This document shows positions 34,580 to 47,500 of a stretch of DNA of 64,000 nucleotides, piece after piece (within the stretch, counting starts at the first letter, position 1; every line of letters starts with the position of its first letter). The position numbers and the translations under genes were made by a program. Source of the stretch: Gekko japonicus (taxonomy: Eukaryota). Below the pieces are notes generated by a model. The model saw only the letters and a program-made list of their open reading frames with translations, had not been told where the DNA came from and searched no databases. The stretch lies in NCBI RefSeq assembly GCF_001447785.1, contig NW_015167529.1, positions 2,051,129 through 2,115,128 of the forward strand, written 5' to 3'.

Positions 34580-35272
34580 GTACTGAGGTTCTGATGGAGA
34601 ACGCTTTGGGGCATCTGCTGACGTCAACACATCTGGAGGCTGGTCAGACTCCAGGGGATGGATTGAGGTGACAGAGCGTGAGTGTCGAGTGCGATACAAG
34701 ATGGGGTGGTGACAAAGGAGGTCAGTGTCCCGCGATGGCATATAGTGGTACCGACAAGGAGTGGAGGACGTGGAGTAGGAGCGCGGGCAATACGATCTAC
34801 GATGTGTGATATCTGGGGACCAGGATCTGTAATCAGACCGAGACTGTGATCAGGAAAGCGATCTGTGGTAGTCATATGCCCTGTGATCATAACGTGATCG
34901 AGGACAATGGGATCGACTTCTCATAAAGTGCTCCCTGTCATCCAGTATGTGGATAGGCAGCTGGGAGCCTATAGGAGCTGGGAGATGTAGAGCAACGGGC
35001 AACAGCCCTTGGAGAACCATGGGTGAAAAGAAGACTTCCGTGGTGGTGATGACCAAGCGGAATGCAATCCATCGGAGAGGATAAAGCTGGTGGCAAAGTC
35101 AAAGACTGGTGCTTAGACTTCTGAGCAGAGGTTGCCGTAGAGGCCACCTTAGGCATCAACGTCGAGAGACCGGAGGTGATTACGGGATCGAGTTTCGGAG
35201 CTGAAGTCGATTTTGACGACTTCAGTATCGGCGTCGAAGAGGGTTTATCATCCCGCTTTTTAACATTAAAAT

Positions 35273-35552
35273 GAGAGCCAGTTTAGTGTAGTGGTTAAGT
35301 GCGCGGACTCTAATCTGGGAGAACCGGGTTTGATTCCCCACTCCTCCACTTGCACATGGCTGGATGACCTTGGGCAAGCCGTAGTTCTGATAAGAGCTGT
35401 TCTTGAAAAAGAGCAGTTTCTGTCAAGAGCTCTCTCAGCCCCACCTACCTCACAGGGTGTCTGTTGTGGGGAGGGGAAGGGAAAGGAGTTTGTAAACTGC
35501 TCTGAGACACCTTTGGGTAGTGAAGGGCGGGGTATAAATCCAATCTCTTCTT
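35273..35552 (+). mobile_element. tRNA-derived SINE with L2-type tail (Squam3-like), nested in DIRS gag
   Basis: A/B-box-like head AGCCAGTTTAGTGTAGTGGTTAAG...GGTTTGATTCCC; tail GGGCGGGGTATAAATCCAATCTCTTCT; homologous copies at 43512-43790 and 46458-46750. Confidence 0.8.
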
Positions 35553-36049
35553 TTAGGTTTCTGTTTTGAAGATTTAGCATTCTTGGAGAGAGAAGGCAGC
35601 TTCTAGGGGGCAGAAGACGCATGAGATGCTGTTGAAGACATTGTAGGGCACAATGCAGCTTCCAAAAGAACTGTACGAAGGCGGGCCGCCCTATTCCTAT
35701 GGGCCTGTCTAATGAACTTGGCACAATGTGGGCACAAGTCCACCTGATGAAACTCCCCCAAACAAATTAAACAAAGGTCGTGGCCGTCGTTAGATGGGAG
35801 TTTAGCAGGACAATGGCGACACGACTTTAAAAATAGGGTGCGGCCCATGCAAACACCTTCCCGACCAAGGGGGGGGGAGCAAAAGAACGAAAGTGAAGAA
35901 AAATAGTAAAGCAAACTTTTTTTTGTTTGTTTACTTTAGAGGAAAAACAAAGGAAAGGAGCAAAGACGAGAAGAAGTTAACGAAGAAAGGAGAAAAAACC
36001 TCAGCTGAGCCGATTTGAAGAGCAATCGCTGCAACGTGTGCACACGAAG

Positions 36050-36240
36050 GCGGTTGAAGAACTGAGTGGGAGGCGGCTCTCTCCCCCGCTCCAGGCATGC
36101 ACAGTCCATGCCTGCTCCCCAGGGTGGGAAGAGAACCTGCCAAAAAGGCTCCTGAGGCAAGCTCTGGAATATTCTCCGATCAAGGTCGTGTGCAGGCGCC
36201 CAACCCATGTGTGGGACTGCGCAGAGACCACGACGAAGAT
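36050..36240 (-). repeat. DIRS 5' (left) inverted terminal repeat
   Basis: Minus strand ATCTTCGTCGTGGTCTCTGCGCAGTCCCACACATGGG...CCACTCAGTTCTTCAACCGC is similar to plus strand 29812-30003. Confidence 0.92.
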
Positions 36241-36606
36241 CTATCAGTACTAAATACATCTATTCTTAAAAGTTTGGGAAAAGGCTTGTTAAAGTTACTA
36301 AAACTAAGGAGTAAATTAGACCTATTCATTTAGGACGAGTATAAAAACAAAACATTAGGAAACTGTAGCTATACCAGATACAAAATTGGTCTAGTTCTGT
36401 TATAAATACGCATGTCTATATGCTTCACACTGTTGCTAGAGCTGGTAGGGTAGCACATGCAGTGAGTCTTGCAAGTATTTCATGGTTTCTGTTAATGACA
36501 AACTCTTCATTAAATTCTTCAGCCTTTTGTAACAAACAATTAAGTGTTTGTTTTTAAGATTTCAGTATAGACAATTCACCCTACCACCATCAGTTAGGAA
36601 AACCAA

Positions 36607-36612
36607 TTTATT
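36607..36612 (-). terminator. candidate SASS6 poly(A) signal
   Basis: TTTATT on + (AATAAA on -) about 1.85 kb past the SASS6 stop, at the end of an AU-rich tract. Confidence 0.45.
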
Positions 36613-38459
36613 TTAAAACTTACAATGAGACCATTTATACAGATAAAAACACTGCATTCTGATTATAAACAAATGTACAAATTTTACACTGCAAAGAATG
36701 ATTCAAGCCCCAAATGATTTTAGTTGTATTTACACACTTGTAAATTACAGAATCACAGCTTTGTAATAAAGGAGTCAAAACACAAACATAACTTATACCA
36801 AGTTTAACTATAATTTTAGTCCAGCCCAATTACTAACCCAAAAGACCAGAATATAAACATTTTAAATTCCTCTTCTACCCTGCTGTGTCATTTAAAAGTA
36901 AAATTCAAAGTACACCTAATAAGATATTGATCTAACTTTATGACAGACCTTAAATGTTCATACCAGTTCTATCTGAATAGAACAGGGAGGATAACAAAGT
37001 TAATCGATCCCCTGGTGCAACGGATGGGATTTGTGAAGAATATAGACCAAGAATGACCCAGCTGCACTTGAAACAGCTCAAGTCCTGCTGATTTCAAAGA
37101 GCAAATTAAGTGAGCTTCATAAACCTCTCTCCCACTGATTTCAACAGTAATTCAAAGTACTTAATTTTGACTGAATCATGTTCTCAATGCCTATTCATTT
37201 CAATGGGCCTTGTCTACAAGGTTGTTCCTGGGGGAAGGCACTCCATAGAATTGCGACGTGTATAGTGGCATGATTGTCAATGGCTTTTAACTGGCTTCCA
37301 AATATTTTACAACTTTTTAAAGCTATTATAATTCTAATGCTATAAACTGAAAGTGTTTGAAAAGCAGCCGTAGAATTACATTTTCCAGCTGTTTCAATTA
37401 AAATGCTGGACTGTAGCTTGACATGGACTGGTTCAATAATATGATAAATATACCCTTAGTATTACAACAGATAATTTAGTTTTCCAAACAGGGGAAAAGT
37501 TTTACTTTCAATATACATTTTAAAATTAAATGCTATAAAAATCTGTAATAGTGTTCTGCATGATGGAGCTAAACTAAGTTCAGCAGCACATACAAACCAT
37601 GTCAAGAAAAACTGGCAAGAAATCTAGTATGCATTCAGTACAGTGAGGCCTCAATTCTGTGGTGCCCAGTTCTGATGAGATGATGCTGTAAGTCTGATGA
37701 GAACTGGCACCCCACTTGCTTATTTTGATGTCAAATGAACTGCAAAGTAGTTGTGGCCATTCACATCAGACTTTTGATACTACTGCAATGTTAAATCACA
37801 CATTAACTGAATGTTCCACCTAAAACGAGTGGCCAAACAATGTATACTTAGCTCCAATCTAAAAGGATTTCTTAGATACTGAACCTTCACTTAGGACAAA
37901 CCTTAAGCATGTTAATTTATCTACAAGGTTAGACATATTTATAATATCTTTGCGGTTAGGGATGATGTAAATAGCACCACCACACAGTTAATGGGTTTGA
38001 CTTCCACAGGCTTACCATGAAGTGGCACCATTTCTGCAATCCCACAAACCCACAGAAATATTGCTAGTTTTCCTAAACTTACAGTAAGGAAAGCTCTTTT
38101 CAAATCATCAACGATACATCAACCTTGGGAGAGAAAAGTGAATCCTTAGTGACTGGTGTCCCTTTAATAATAAATATTCATAACATGTTTTTCTGTACTG
38201 ATGACATGGACAATTAGTAAATAACCAGTTTTAGCCTTACACACATTAAAAGTCCTTGTGGGCAAGTTTATATTGTCCATATAAAATATGATACTTAAAA
38301 AATAAGAGGAATATTAGCTTTCACATTAGAATGCACCCTGAAATTGATACGCCATTCACTGTTCCCTTTAATTCATTTACTGTTCCCTAGTAAACAAATG
38401 ATAACAATAAAATCCACAACTCCTGATAAATATATTGCCCATAATGAATATGTTGCTTG

Positions 38460-38548
38460 CTATCCGGGAAAGTATGCAGAGGCTATAGAAGGTAGTGTGG
38501 ATTTGGATGGTATGTGTGTCTTTTTCAATGCGGATGACTTTACATGAC
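38460..38548 (-). CDS. SASS6: SASS6 exon 17 (terminal coding part)
   Basis: aacag|[32 protein letters not shown]. Confidence 0.92.
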
Positions 38549-41500
38549 CTGTTAACAAGGAAAGAAAGTATGTCCCATATTAACATATTTAAGAGATCTT
38601 TAGAGCAATTTGAACGTTTTAAATTAAATGCATATGCTTGCTTTCCTACCTGCATTGTGAAGTGCATTTTGGCTGAGGCCACGCAAGGGGATGCTTTCTT
38701 CCCGTTTCTTCAGATACTTGGCTTCCAATCCTAAATTTTCACCACTAGTCAAAAGAAGAACAGATGTCATGATTTTCAGTTTGTCTACCCTGAGCTTGCT
38801 TCAAGGCTCATTAATTTGACTTATTCATAGGATTTAGGATTTAAGCCTTCTATTATAAATGTCTACTTCCTTTAGCAAGAAACTGATTCCCCCAAACCCA
38901 CACATTTTGAAAACAGGTAGCTTTTTGATTATCCCCAGAGCAAACATCAAAGCAAAGGGTTGTCTTCAAATTCTAGAAATACATCAGCAAGATTCACAAA
39001 GGACTGCGCACACTGAGGTCTGGTGCAACATCATGGGTTAATGGCAGGCTCTAGTGCAAAGAATTAATCAAGGTTGAAAAACATAGCAGGTTCCATTTCT
39101 ACACTACTGAGCTTTGTCTAACCTAATGACATCTGGTTGGAGCCCACTGATTCATTCCACTAATGCAAGCAGCCTTTCTTCTGGCACAAAAGGCCCCTCC
39201 ATCGTCTAGTGCCAGTCACTGTAAGGCACCACCATTAGCAGAATGGATCCACAGGTCCCATCATATGCTGTGATCCATCAGCAAAACTCTTTGCACACAT
39301 CAGGTCTATAAGCTTCTGGCCACCAAGCATGACTACAAAACCAAGGAACTGATAAGCACCTGATTTTGCATTCATAATTTCACCCAAAAAAACATAGTGG
39401 GGCATTTTTCAAAATCTGCAAATTTTGAAATAGGAACACAGTTTCACTGTAAAGTTTGCATCAATTCCTTCTGTAACAGAGGTTTTGTCTAGAATACAGC
39501 TTTCCCAAACAGAAAAGTTCTTCAAGTGTCATAGTTAAAAGTCCAAGGAGACAATATTACTCATGTCCACCCAAGCAAAAAATCTTTGGGAATTCACTTT
39601 ATATAGACCACTGTAATGCTGGAATCTGAATTCATACAACTAGCTCTGCATATCAAGGAGTATTTGGGTGTATTTCTCACTCAAGCAACAACCCTTGATT
39701 CTCAATACACCCCAAAACAGCAGCTTCCTCAGTTGCACCACAAAAATGTCTGTGAGCAACATGGAATATAGAACAATGACTACAAAAAACTCAGTATGTG
39801 CACAGATGCTTAGATTTCAATCAGCTTGCAATGGAGTCTGATTTCCCACTTTATACTAATTGTCTGGGTAAGGTCACTTCCACACACAAGGAATTTAATC
39901 AAGGAGACTGGACACAGCCATTAATAAATTATTGAATTATTTGTCTGTCTTGTTCACAGAGTTCTAAGAATGAGAATGGATCATTTTCTTAAAAAACTGC
40001 CGCTACTGTTACTGTGTATTTGGAAAAACACATTCAATTAATAAAGCTGTTAAACAATAGAACTGATTGATGAATACATTAGAGATATCAATATTTGAGT
40101 TCAGACTTGATATGTCAGACTCTTGCAGCAATCAGAACCAACAACTCGCTTCTTCAGAAGGAAAGTTTATTGATACAGTATTGGCAGAGAATCTCTACTT
40201 CAGGTTCTGTGTTAAGACTAAAGCAAAAAGCGCAGGGCGAACGGATATACCATGTTCAAAGGGGTCACTGAGCAGCACAGAGTCAATCAGGAGGAAAAAG
40301 GGACCCCGCCAGAATGTAACAGTCCCGCTTTCCCAGAGATGGTGTTACAGCTAGGCATCCAAGGTCAGGCACATAAAACATATAGATAAGGGAACATCAC
40401 CAAGATGACCAGAGAAATGAAAGTGAACAATCCAAGCTTCCCCCTCCCTACCAGCCGCTATGGCAGCTAGCTGACAGTAACTGTAATATCCAATTTCACA
40501 CCAAAAATGTAAGTACAGTAAAACTTACTTAACAACAATCAAGAAGAACATAATCCACAAGTTTAACTAAAACACTCACTTTTCTTTATTTGTTGAATGA
40601 GTAGTCACAACAGGAAGTCCTGGCTGTGTTTCTGAACGTTGGTTGTTTTCTGAAAGTGGCATATTGAAATGAACCTGTTGCGACAGTGTAAATTTCACAC
40701 ATTATTTTGGAAGTATCCTTTGGTCATATATTAACTAACCCTGAAGAGATTATTCTTAAATATAATGTTAACAAAATGGTGCCTTGCGGGCAGAGTGGAC
40801 TAACACAGTTTTAAAAATCAAGAAAAGACCCATTTAAATTAATTTTCCCACTTGTACCTCACATACCTGCTGACCTAGTGCATCACACAATTGCTTGGAT
40901 GTCATAATTAAAGCTTTCTTATATACTAAATAGAGGCTGCATGCTGGGCAAGTCAAATTTTTGCTCATGCAGCCTTACTTGCGTTTTGCATGGAAACATT
41001 TTTTTTAATATGCAAGGACTGAACACCATGTTTTCTCCTGCTCACTTAACCTGAATTACAACCACTGTAAATGCAGCATGCTTCATGGGTAGGCAGACTA
41101 TCTGAGGGCATAGCAACCCTAAAGCTAATCAGAAAAGACTCAAAAGAGTATAAAGGTAGGCATAAAAAGATTTAGATGCTTGCCTTTGCTCCGGAAGCTT
41201 GCTGACTGGCACTTTTGACAGGTGCTGTATCTGGGAAGCTTTGGAAAGCTAGCAATGGGGAAATAGGATAGCCAAATCCTGAGTTCAGAAAAGGGATTCT
41301 GCTGTCAATCTGTAGAACATAATGATACTTGTAAAGCCAAACCAGTGACAGCACAAAAGCAATTCCCAAGATGTTTTCATGCCTTTTTTGGCCTCTAAAC
41401 CCCAAGAACCCCAAGAACACTGGAAATTCATCAACAAGTATTTATCACGCATATAGCACACCTCAATAACGTAGTCCTGGACAATCTTTATTCAGTACGT

Positions 41501-44500
41501 TTTTATTTGCTTGAAACCAAGGCTCCCCTACTTGTGATGAGACTGGGAGTGGATCTTAGGTCACACACTTCCCATCCATCCTCAGCATGTGTAAGAGATT
41601 ACCATCTGTAAACTGGGAGAGCAAAATCTGTAAACTGGGAGAGCAGAAGTCCACTCCTGTCACTCTGTCACTGTGCATGTGACAGAAAATTATAACCTAA
41701 CCAAGGCCCAAATGTCACTCAGGGCATGTGCACAAAATATACATTCCTGCATGCCTGTTTTCTAAGAACCAAGCCTAACTGATTTGGTGGGACTTGCTCC
41801 TAAGTAACTAGCCTGCAGCCTTGCAATCACAATCAGCCATGTTTGGTGGTGGTGGAAAGTACCATCAAGGCATAGCTGACTTATGGCGACCCTGTAGGGT
41901 TTTCAAGGCAAGAGTCGTTCAGAGGTGGCTTGCCATTGCTTGACTCCGTGTCCTGACCCTGAGATTTTCCTTGGAGGTCTCCCATCCAAATACTAGCCAG
42001 GGCCGACCCTGCTAAGATTTTAAGATCTGATGAGATCGGGCTAGCCTGGGATATCCAGGTTAGAGTTCAGCCAAGTTTACAGACATACTAACATTAACAT
42101 GTCAGTAACATTACCATATTGTGAGGTGAAATGCCAGTTCTTGTAGTAGAATTACTAGGAGGAGTAGATGTTCCTAATACTTCTTGCTTCTTTGTCATCT
42201 GAATTTCATTCAGCTGCTTGTTTAGCCACGTGATAACTACACAGAGAAATACCAGACAAGCATTTTGCTTCTCAGTTCCTTTTATTTCTATTTCACATCT
42301 AAACTGTAGTTTAAGTATCTGCTTGGGAAACCATATGAGAAGAATTTTTTGCATGCTGAATTAAAGACTGGCAAGCCTAGTATTACAGCTGCCTAACAGA
42401 GTTCTCACCCCATTAAGGCTTACATACAAGGGATGAATAGCGAGGAATCACACACCAGATACTCCAGGGGTTGTTTGTTAGAAGTAAAGCCCAATGAACT
42501 TGCAGAGCAGAGAGAAGGAAACCACAGCTATCTATTATTACAATCACTGCCAAATTTTGGTGGCAGAGAGAGAAGCAAGAATGGCATCTAACAGAGGGTC
42601 AAAAGTGACCTAAAAAGAAATACAAGAAAAAGAGAACGATATTTACAGAAAGCATTAATAAGCACACAATGCCCAGCTCCTAAGTGAAGTAATCTCTCAG
42701 ACAGTAAGCTTGATTAGAAAGATTCAGAAGAGTCTATAGGATGCCACATACACTGGCCACTACATCTCATACAATTACCATTTTCATTTGTTTTAAGAAG
42801 ATGCTTGCTTTCTTCCAGCTTCTGTACTGTGGTTTCCAATTGTTCCTGCAACTTGCACACCTGAAATATTTGCACATTAATTATCCATATTAATTTACTT
42901 ACATTAAACTATTCTACTGGTGGCAACACCAAAACTGAATTAGTTAAAAACCAAGCAGACTGGATGCCATAGTATGCTCAAATTAAGGGTATACCCTTTT
43001 GTTGAAATCTGCCACCATCACTAAAGCCAAATATAGATGATCCTACTTATCAAGTGTAATGAGGTATGGGGGGGGGGAGAATCAAGCTAAACATTGCTTT
43101 AGATTGGGGTCCTCAAAGTGGTATCAGTGGGTGCCATGGACACTTTTTTAGGCACCTGCCAAGTGTTTGTGGAAAGTTAAAGGGACCAGGTGGGGCTTTT
43201 GCCCAGCAAGTCTTCTGATTGGCTCTGCAAATCTTTTAAAATGTTGCTTTGGCAGCAACTGCCATCGTAGCACAAGGATCTTTACTATGAGACTGAAGGT
43301 AAACTGGGGCAGCCATTCTGTGGCTGGCTCCGCTTCCTGTGGCAGCCACTTTTGTGCCTGCGCCCAACCACAGTGTCAGAATTCCAAAGGTGCCCGCAGG
43401 CTTAAAAAGGCTGGCAACCCCTGCTCTAGATCATGTACCTGTTGAGAATCCAACTGTAACAGGCTGCATTCATGAAGCTGTTCTACTTATGGCAGGGTTT
43501 CCTTTGATGCAAGAAGAGGAGATTGGATTTATACCCCGCCCTTCACTACCCAAAGGAGTCTCAGAGCAGCTTACAATCTCCTTTCCCTTCCCCTCCCCAC
43601 AACAGACACCCTATGAGGTAGTTGAGGCTGAGAGAGCTCTGACAGAAACTGCTCTTTTTCAAGAACAGGTCTTATCAGAACTATGGCTTGCCCAAGGTCA
43701 TCCAACAGGTGCAAGTGGAGGAGTGGGGAATCAAACCCGGTTCTCCCAGATTAGAGTCCATGCACTTAACCACTACACCAAACTGGCTTTCTGCCAAAGG
43801 AAAATGCTGCCATTTGTGGAACAGCTCCACCAGATCTAACCCATAGATGGTATTTATACAAACTGCTTCAAGTATAAATCCAACAAGCCCCAGTTCAAGC
43901 ACTTCCTTGATATATCTGAATTTTAACTTACCTCTTGCTCTTTTTCTCGAAGAGAACTTTCTGCCTCCTGCAGTTCCTTTTGCTCCTTCTGCAGTTTTTC
44001 TTCTCTTTCAGCCAAGAGTTTTTCTTGCTGAATTGTTACCGTATTTTTCAGCTTCAATTTACTCATTAGAGTTTTTACATCTCCTTGCAATTTCTTTATA
44101 ATTTCATTAGCCTAAAAAAACAATATTATGCTTTAGAATTTTAAGACCACAGAAAATCAAAGACTCATCATCAAGGATGAATGTACGTTTGAACAAACCT
44201 TAAGGAGTTCAGCTGATAATGACTTCAATGTTGCTTCTAGTTTTCCTATTTGAATTTGTTTCTTTTCTGTATTTTCTTCTAAAATTGCCTTTTTTAAACA
44301 AAAGGGGGGGAGTCTTATTAGAGGATCTTTTTTTTTGCACAGAAATAAATAATCAAAGCCTATGTTTCATATTGGTCAATCAACCTCAAAATATACCAAA
44401 ATACATTCACTTACAATCCCATAATTTGCAACAGTAGCAATTCAACTAAAGCTGCCCTCCCCTAAAAACATGTGTTCACTACAATAATCTCCAAAGTTTA

Positions 44501-47500
44501 ATAAAAACATATGGAACGCAGTATGGTTGGACTTTTAGAACCTTGACCACAGTCCAGAGTCATCTAGTTAGTTCATACTGCCCAGCCACAAGTTGAACTT
44601 GTCTGCCTCAAAATTCATGTGATCCATGCTTTGGGTAAACTGCTTTTGAAATTTGAGAGGAACTGCAAAACTAAATTTAGATTAAATGAGGGTATAGTTC
44701 AAGTAAGAAAAGTCATGCCACACAGGACACACTCAAATCCTGAAACATGCCTGCAATTGCTCTTGGGATCCTGTGTTCTTTAATTAATTTCCCCCCAATA
44801 TTTAAGCTCTGTTACTGCTTTACTTCAAGCTAAGTAAATTTAGAGACTGAGAACCTTTTGCTCATGAGTTGCATCCAATACTTCTTTTGTCCTCATAACA
44901 AGCTGGTCCTTGTCTTTGATCTCCTGCTCCAAAACAGCCACTCGTGTCTGCAGCTGATTAACTTGTTTCTCCTTTTCATGGCATTCTGCATCTAGAGTAG
45001 CATTCTCTCGACGCAGTGAGAGAACTTCCTGCTTTGTTCTTTGGCACTCCTAGCATGTTGGAAAAATATATTTGAAATACTCTTACCAAAAAAAGTTATA
45101 GTCATTTAGGCATTGTTTTAAAGAAGTCTTCTATATGAAAAGTAATACAGTTTTAAAATAGAATGTCTAATCTACAATACAGAATTACCATCATTTGGAA
45201 TATTAACTACATTTTCAATTGGTCATATTATGTATGACTAGAGGCTGTAGATATAATTAAGTCTGTGCTAATATAGATACATATAAATCTCAGTAAACAA
45301 ACAATTCATACATCTTCTATGCTGGACAGTTTTGCTTTAAGTTCTCTGACAGCAGAATCGCCTCTGTATCTCCTTTCTGTTAGATCCTTATTGGTAATCT
45401 CCAGTTCCTTCAGCCTGTTTTGCAGCTCCTGGACTGTTTTCTGATGCAAACTTTCAAGTTCTTTCTTCTGTTGCTCGTATTGCTGTTGATACTGTGCTTG
45501 CATCTGCAGTGCAAAACAATTCAGATGGAGGGGGAAAAACAAGCAATTTAATGGATTACAATATTTGTACAGTTTCTACTAGATGTACATAGCCTTTTGT
45601 TTACACACCTGTAGACACTTCTCCTTCTCATTAGTCAATTCCTGAGTATGTCTGTTGGTTAAGGATGCTGTATTTGATGTCCATTCATTTCTTAACTTGT
45701 CCAATTCCCTGCTCTTTTCTGACAAGTTCTGAGAAAATAAAGATTTGCATGTTAGATTCTCAAGTATGCCAGAAATCTTCAATATTATTCCAATGCTTTA
45801 CTAGATTATAATGGACAGGGCTTGCTTTAATTGAGAACATATCTCAAAGAGATAGTTCTATTAACCATTTCCCAACTTTGCACCTGCCTCCCAGAAAAAT
45901 CACAGATGAGCCTACATCTAATGAAGTATGATTGTGACTACAAAATTTATTCCACAATAAAGTTATTAATCTCAAAGATGCTACGAGACTTAAAATGCTC
46001 TTCATAAGCATCAAAGTGCTTATGTGGAGGAAAGGGTAAAACAGCTGTGATTTTTCCTGGAGGCAGGTGCAATGTTGGGAAATGGCCCATGTTGAAACAC
46101 TGCTGTTACCTGCTGGGTATAGCTGAGCTGCCGAGTAAGATCCTCTTCTGTCTTCCGAAGTCTTTGTTCCAGCAGCAGCTTTTCTTCCTATAAACAATTG
46201 AGAATTCATGTTAGTACAAATCAATTCAAGTTTTGGAAAATCATTAACCAAGCCATTGTCTTGCATATTAGTTACAAACATACATTCCCAATATGGAAGT
46301 TATAGAAGTTGGGTTAGTTAAGTTCTGGAGTCCCTTCTCTTTCCATCATTCTGAAAAAATGCACTGGTTAATTCTAAGAGTATGAACAACTTAGGCAGGG
46401 GTTATCTTATCACTCTCCTAACTTTAAAAGGGAAATCTAAAGCACAATATCAACAAAAGAAGAGGAAAAGAAGAGATTGGATTTATACCCTGCCCTTCAC
46501 TACCTGAAGGAGTCTCAGAGTGGCTTACAATCCCTTCCCCTCCCCACAACAGACACCCTGTGAGGTAGGTGGGCATAAGACAGCTCTCTCAAGAATTGCC
46601 CTTGAGAGAACAGCTCTGAAAGAACTTATGACTGACCTAAGGTCATACCAACAGCTGCATGTGGAGGAGTGGGGAATCAAACCCAGTTCTCCCATATTAG
46701 AGTCTGTGCTCTTACTTCTACACCAAACTTAACCACTACATCAAAGATGCAGTGGGGGAACCTACAACTTGAAATTTTAATTTCTCATTTAAATGAATGA
46801 CCAACAATAGTCATTATGCAAAGAGAACACTATTCCCGAATGCACAGTTCAAATTCTTATCTTACCTTAATGCATTTCAAACAGGTTGCCAAAAACTTCT
46901 TGATATCTGTATCATTTCCCGGTAAGAATTTTAGTGATAAATGAGTAAGATGTTTAAATGGGTTTGTCTCTATCACATTTAAAAATGAAGGAGTGTGATC
47001 TAGACTAGATCCTGACGAAATCAGCTGTAGCAGAAACCTGAAGAGAATGAGATAATGCATTACAAAGCATGAACTAGGTAAGCCTGAACAGCATACCTCC
47101 ATATGGAAGTACAGGCTGATAAAGAGACATTACTATGACTTTGTATTTTTCTCATTGCCACTGCAGTTGTCAACTCAGCATAGTGGCAACAAGGCTTCCA
47201 CAAGGTAGAAGGGCAAAAGGGATTAAGACAACTGCACTATAATCGTAATCTAGCTACTACATACAGATTGCAAAGCAAAACAGAACAAACAGGACCATGC
47301 TTTCTACTTAATACTGTTTACTTTACACCTTAAATGAAATTATAGACTAGTAAAGGCTTTACGCTATGGTGATACAATATTTCCTTGGATAATCGTTTTC
47401 CTCTCTGTATTCTTCACTCACCTTGGAATATCTTTATTTTGTTCTTCTATACACTGCTGAAGAAGATCAATAAACCTCTGAGGAAAGGCAGAAAAGTCTA

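Larger units (their letters stand above)
33016..35848 (-). pseudogene. DIRS gag-like ORF1 remnant (N-terminal Cys/His finger; C-terminal LAP2alpha-like region)
   Basis: CRHCPAKLPSNDGHDLCLICLGEFHQVDLCPHC; S/P/R/H-rich linker; PPDREGRKIDSNAKKIY; LPFDGEGLF. Frameshifted and split by three insertions. Confidence 0.8.
29786..36240 (-). mobile_element. DIRS1-like tyrosine-recombinase retrotransposon, both termini present, coding regions degenerate
   Basis: ~190 bp inverted terminal repeats (36050-36240 and 29812-30003), 3' extension 29786-29811, ICR 30073-30167. Order is gag - RT/RNase H - methyltransferase-like - YR; no target-site duplication. Confidence 0.95.

Noticed and set aside
29806-36231. 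Paired ORFs HTWVG.L.TTLI.EYSRACLR at both ends of the DIRS
   Set aside because: Translations of the inverted terminal repeats.
41976-42045. Possible 5S rRNA gene
   Set aside because: Partial, diverged, fused to a LINE-like tail with a TSD, so it is a SINE head.
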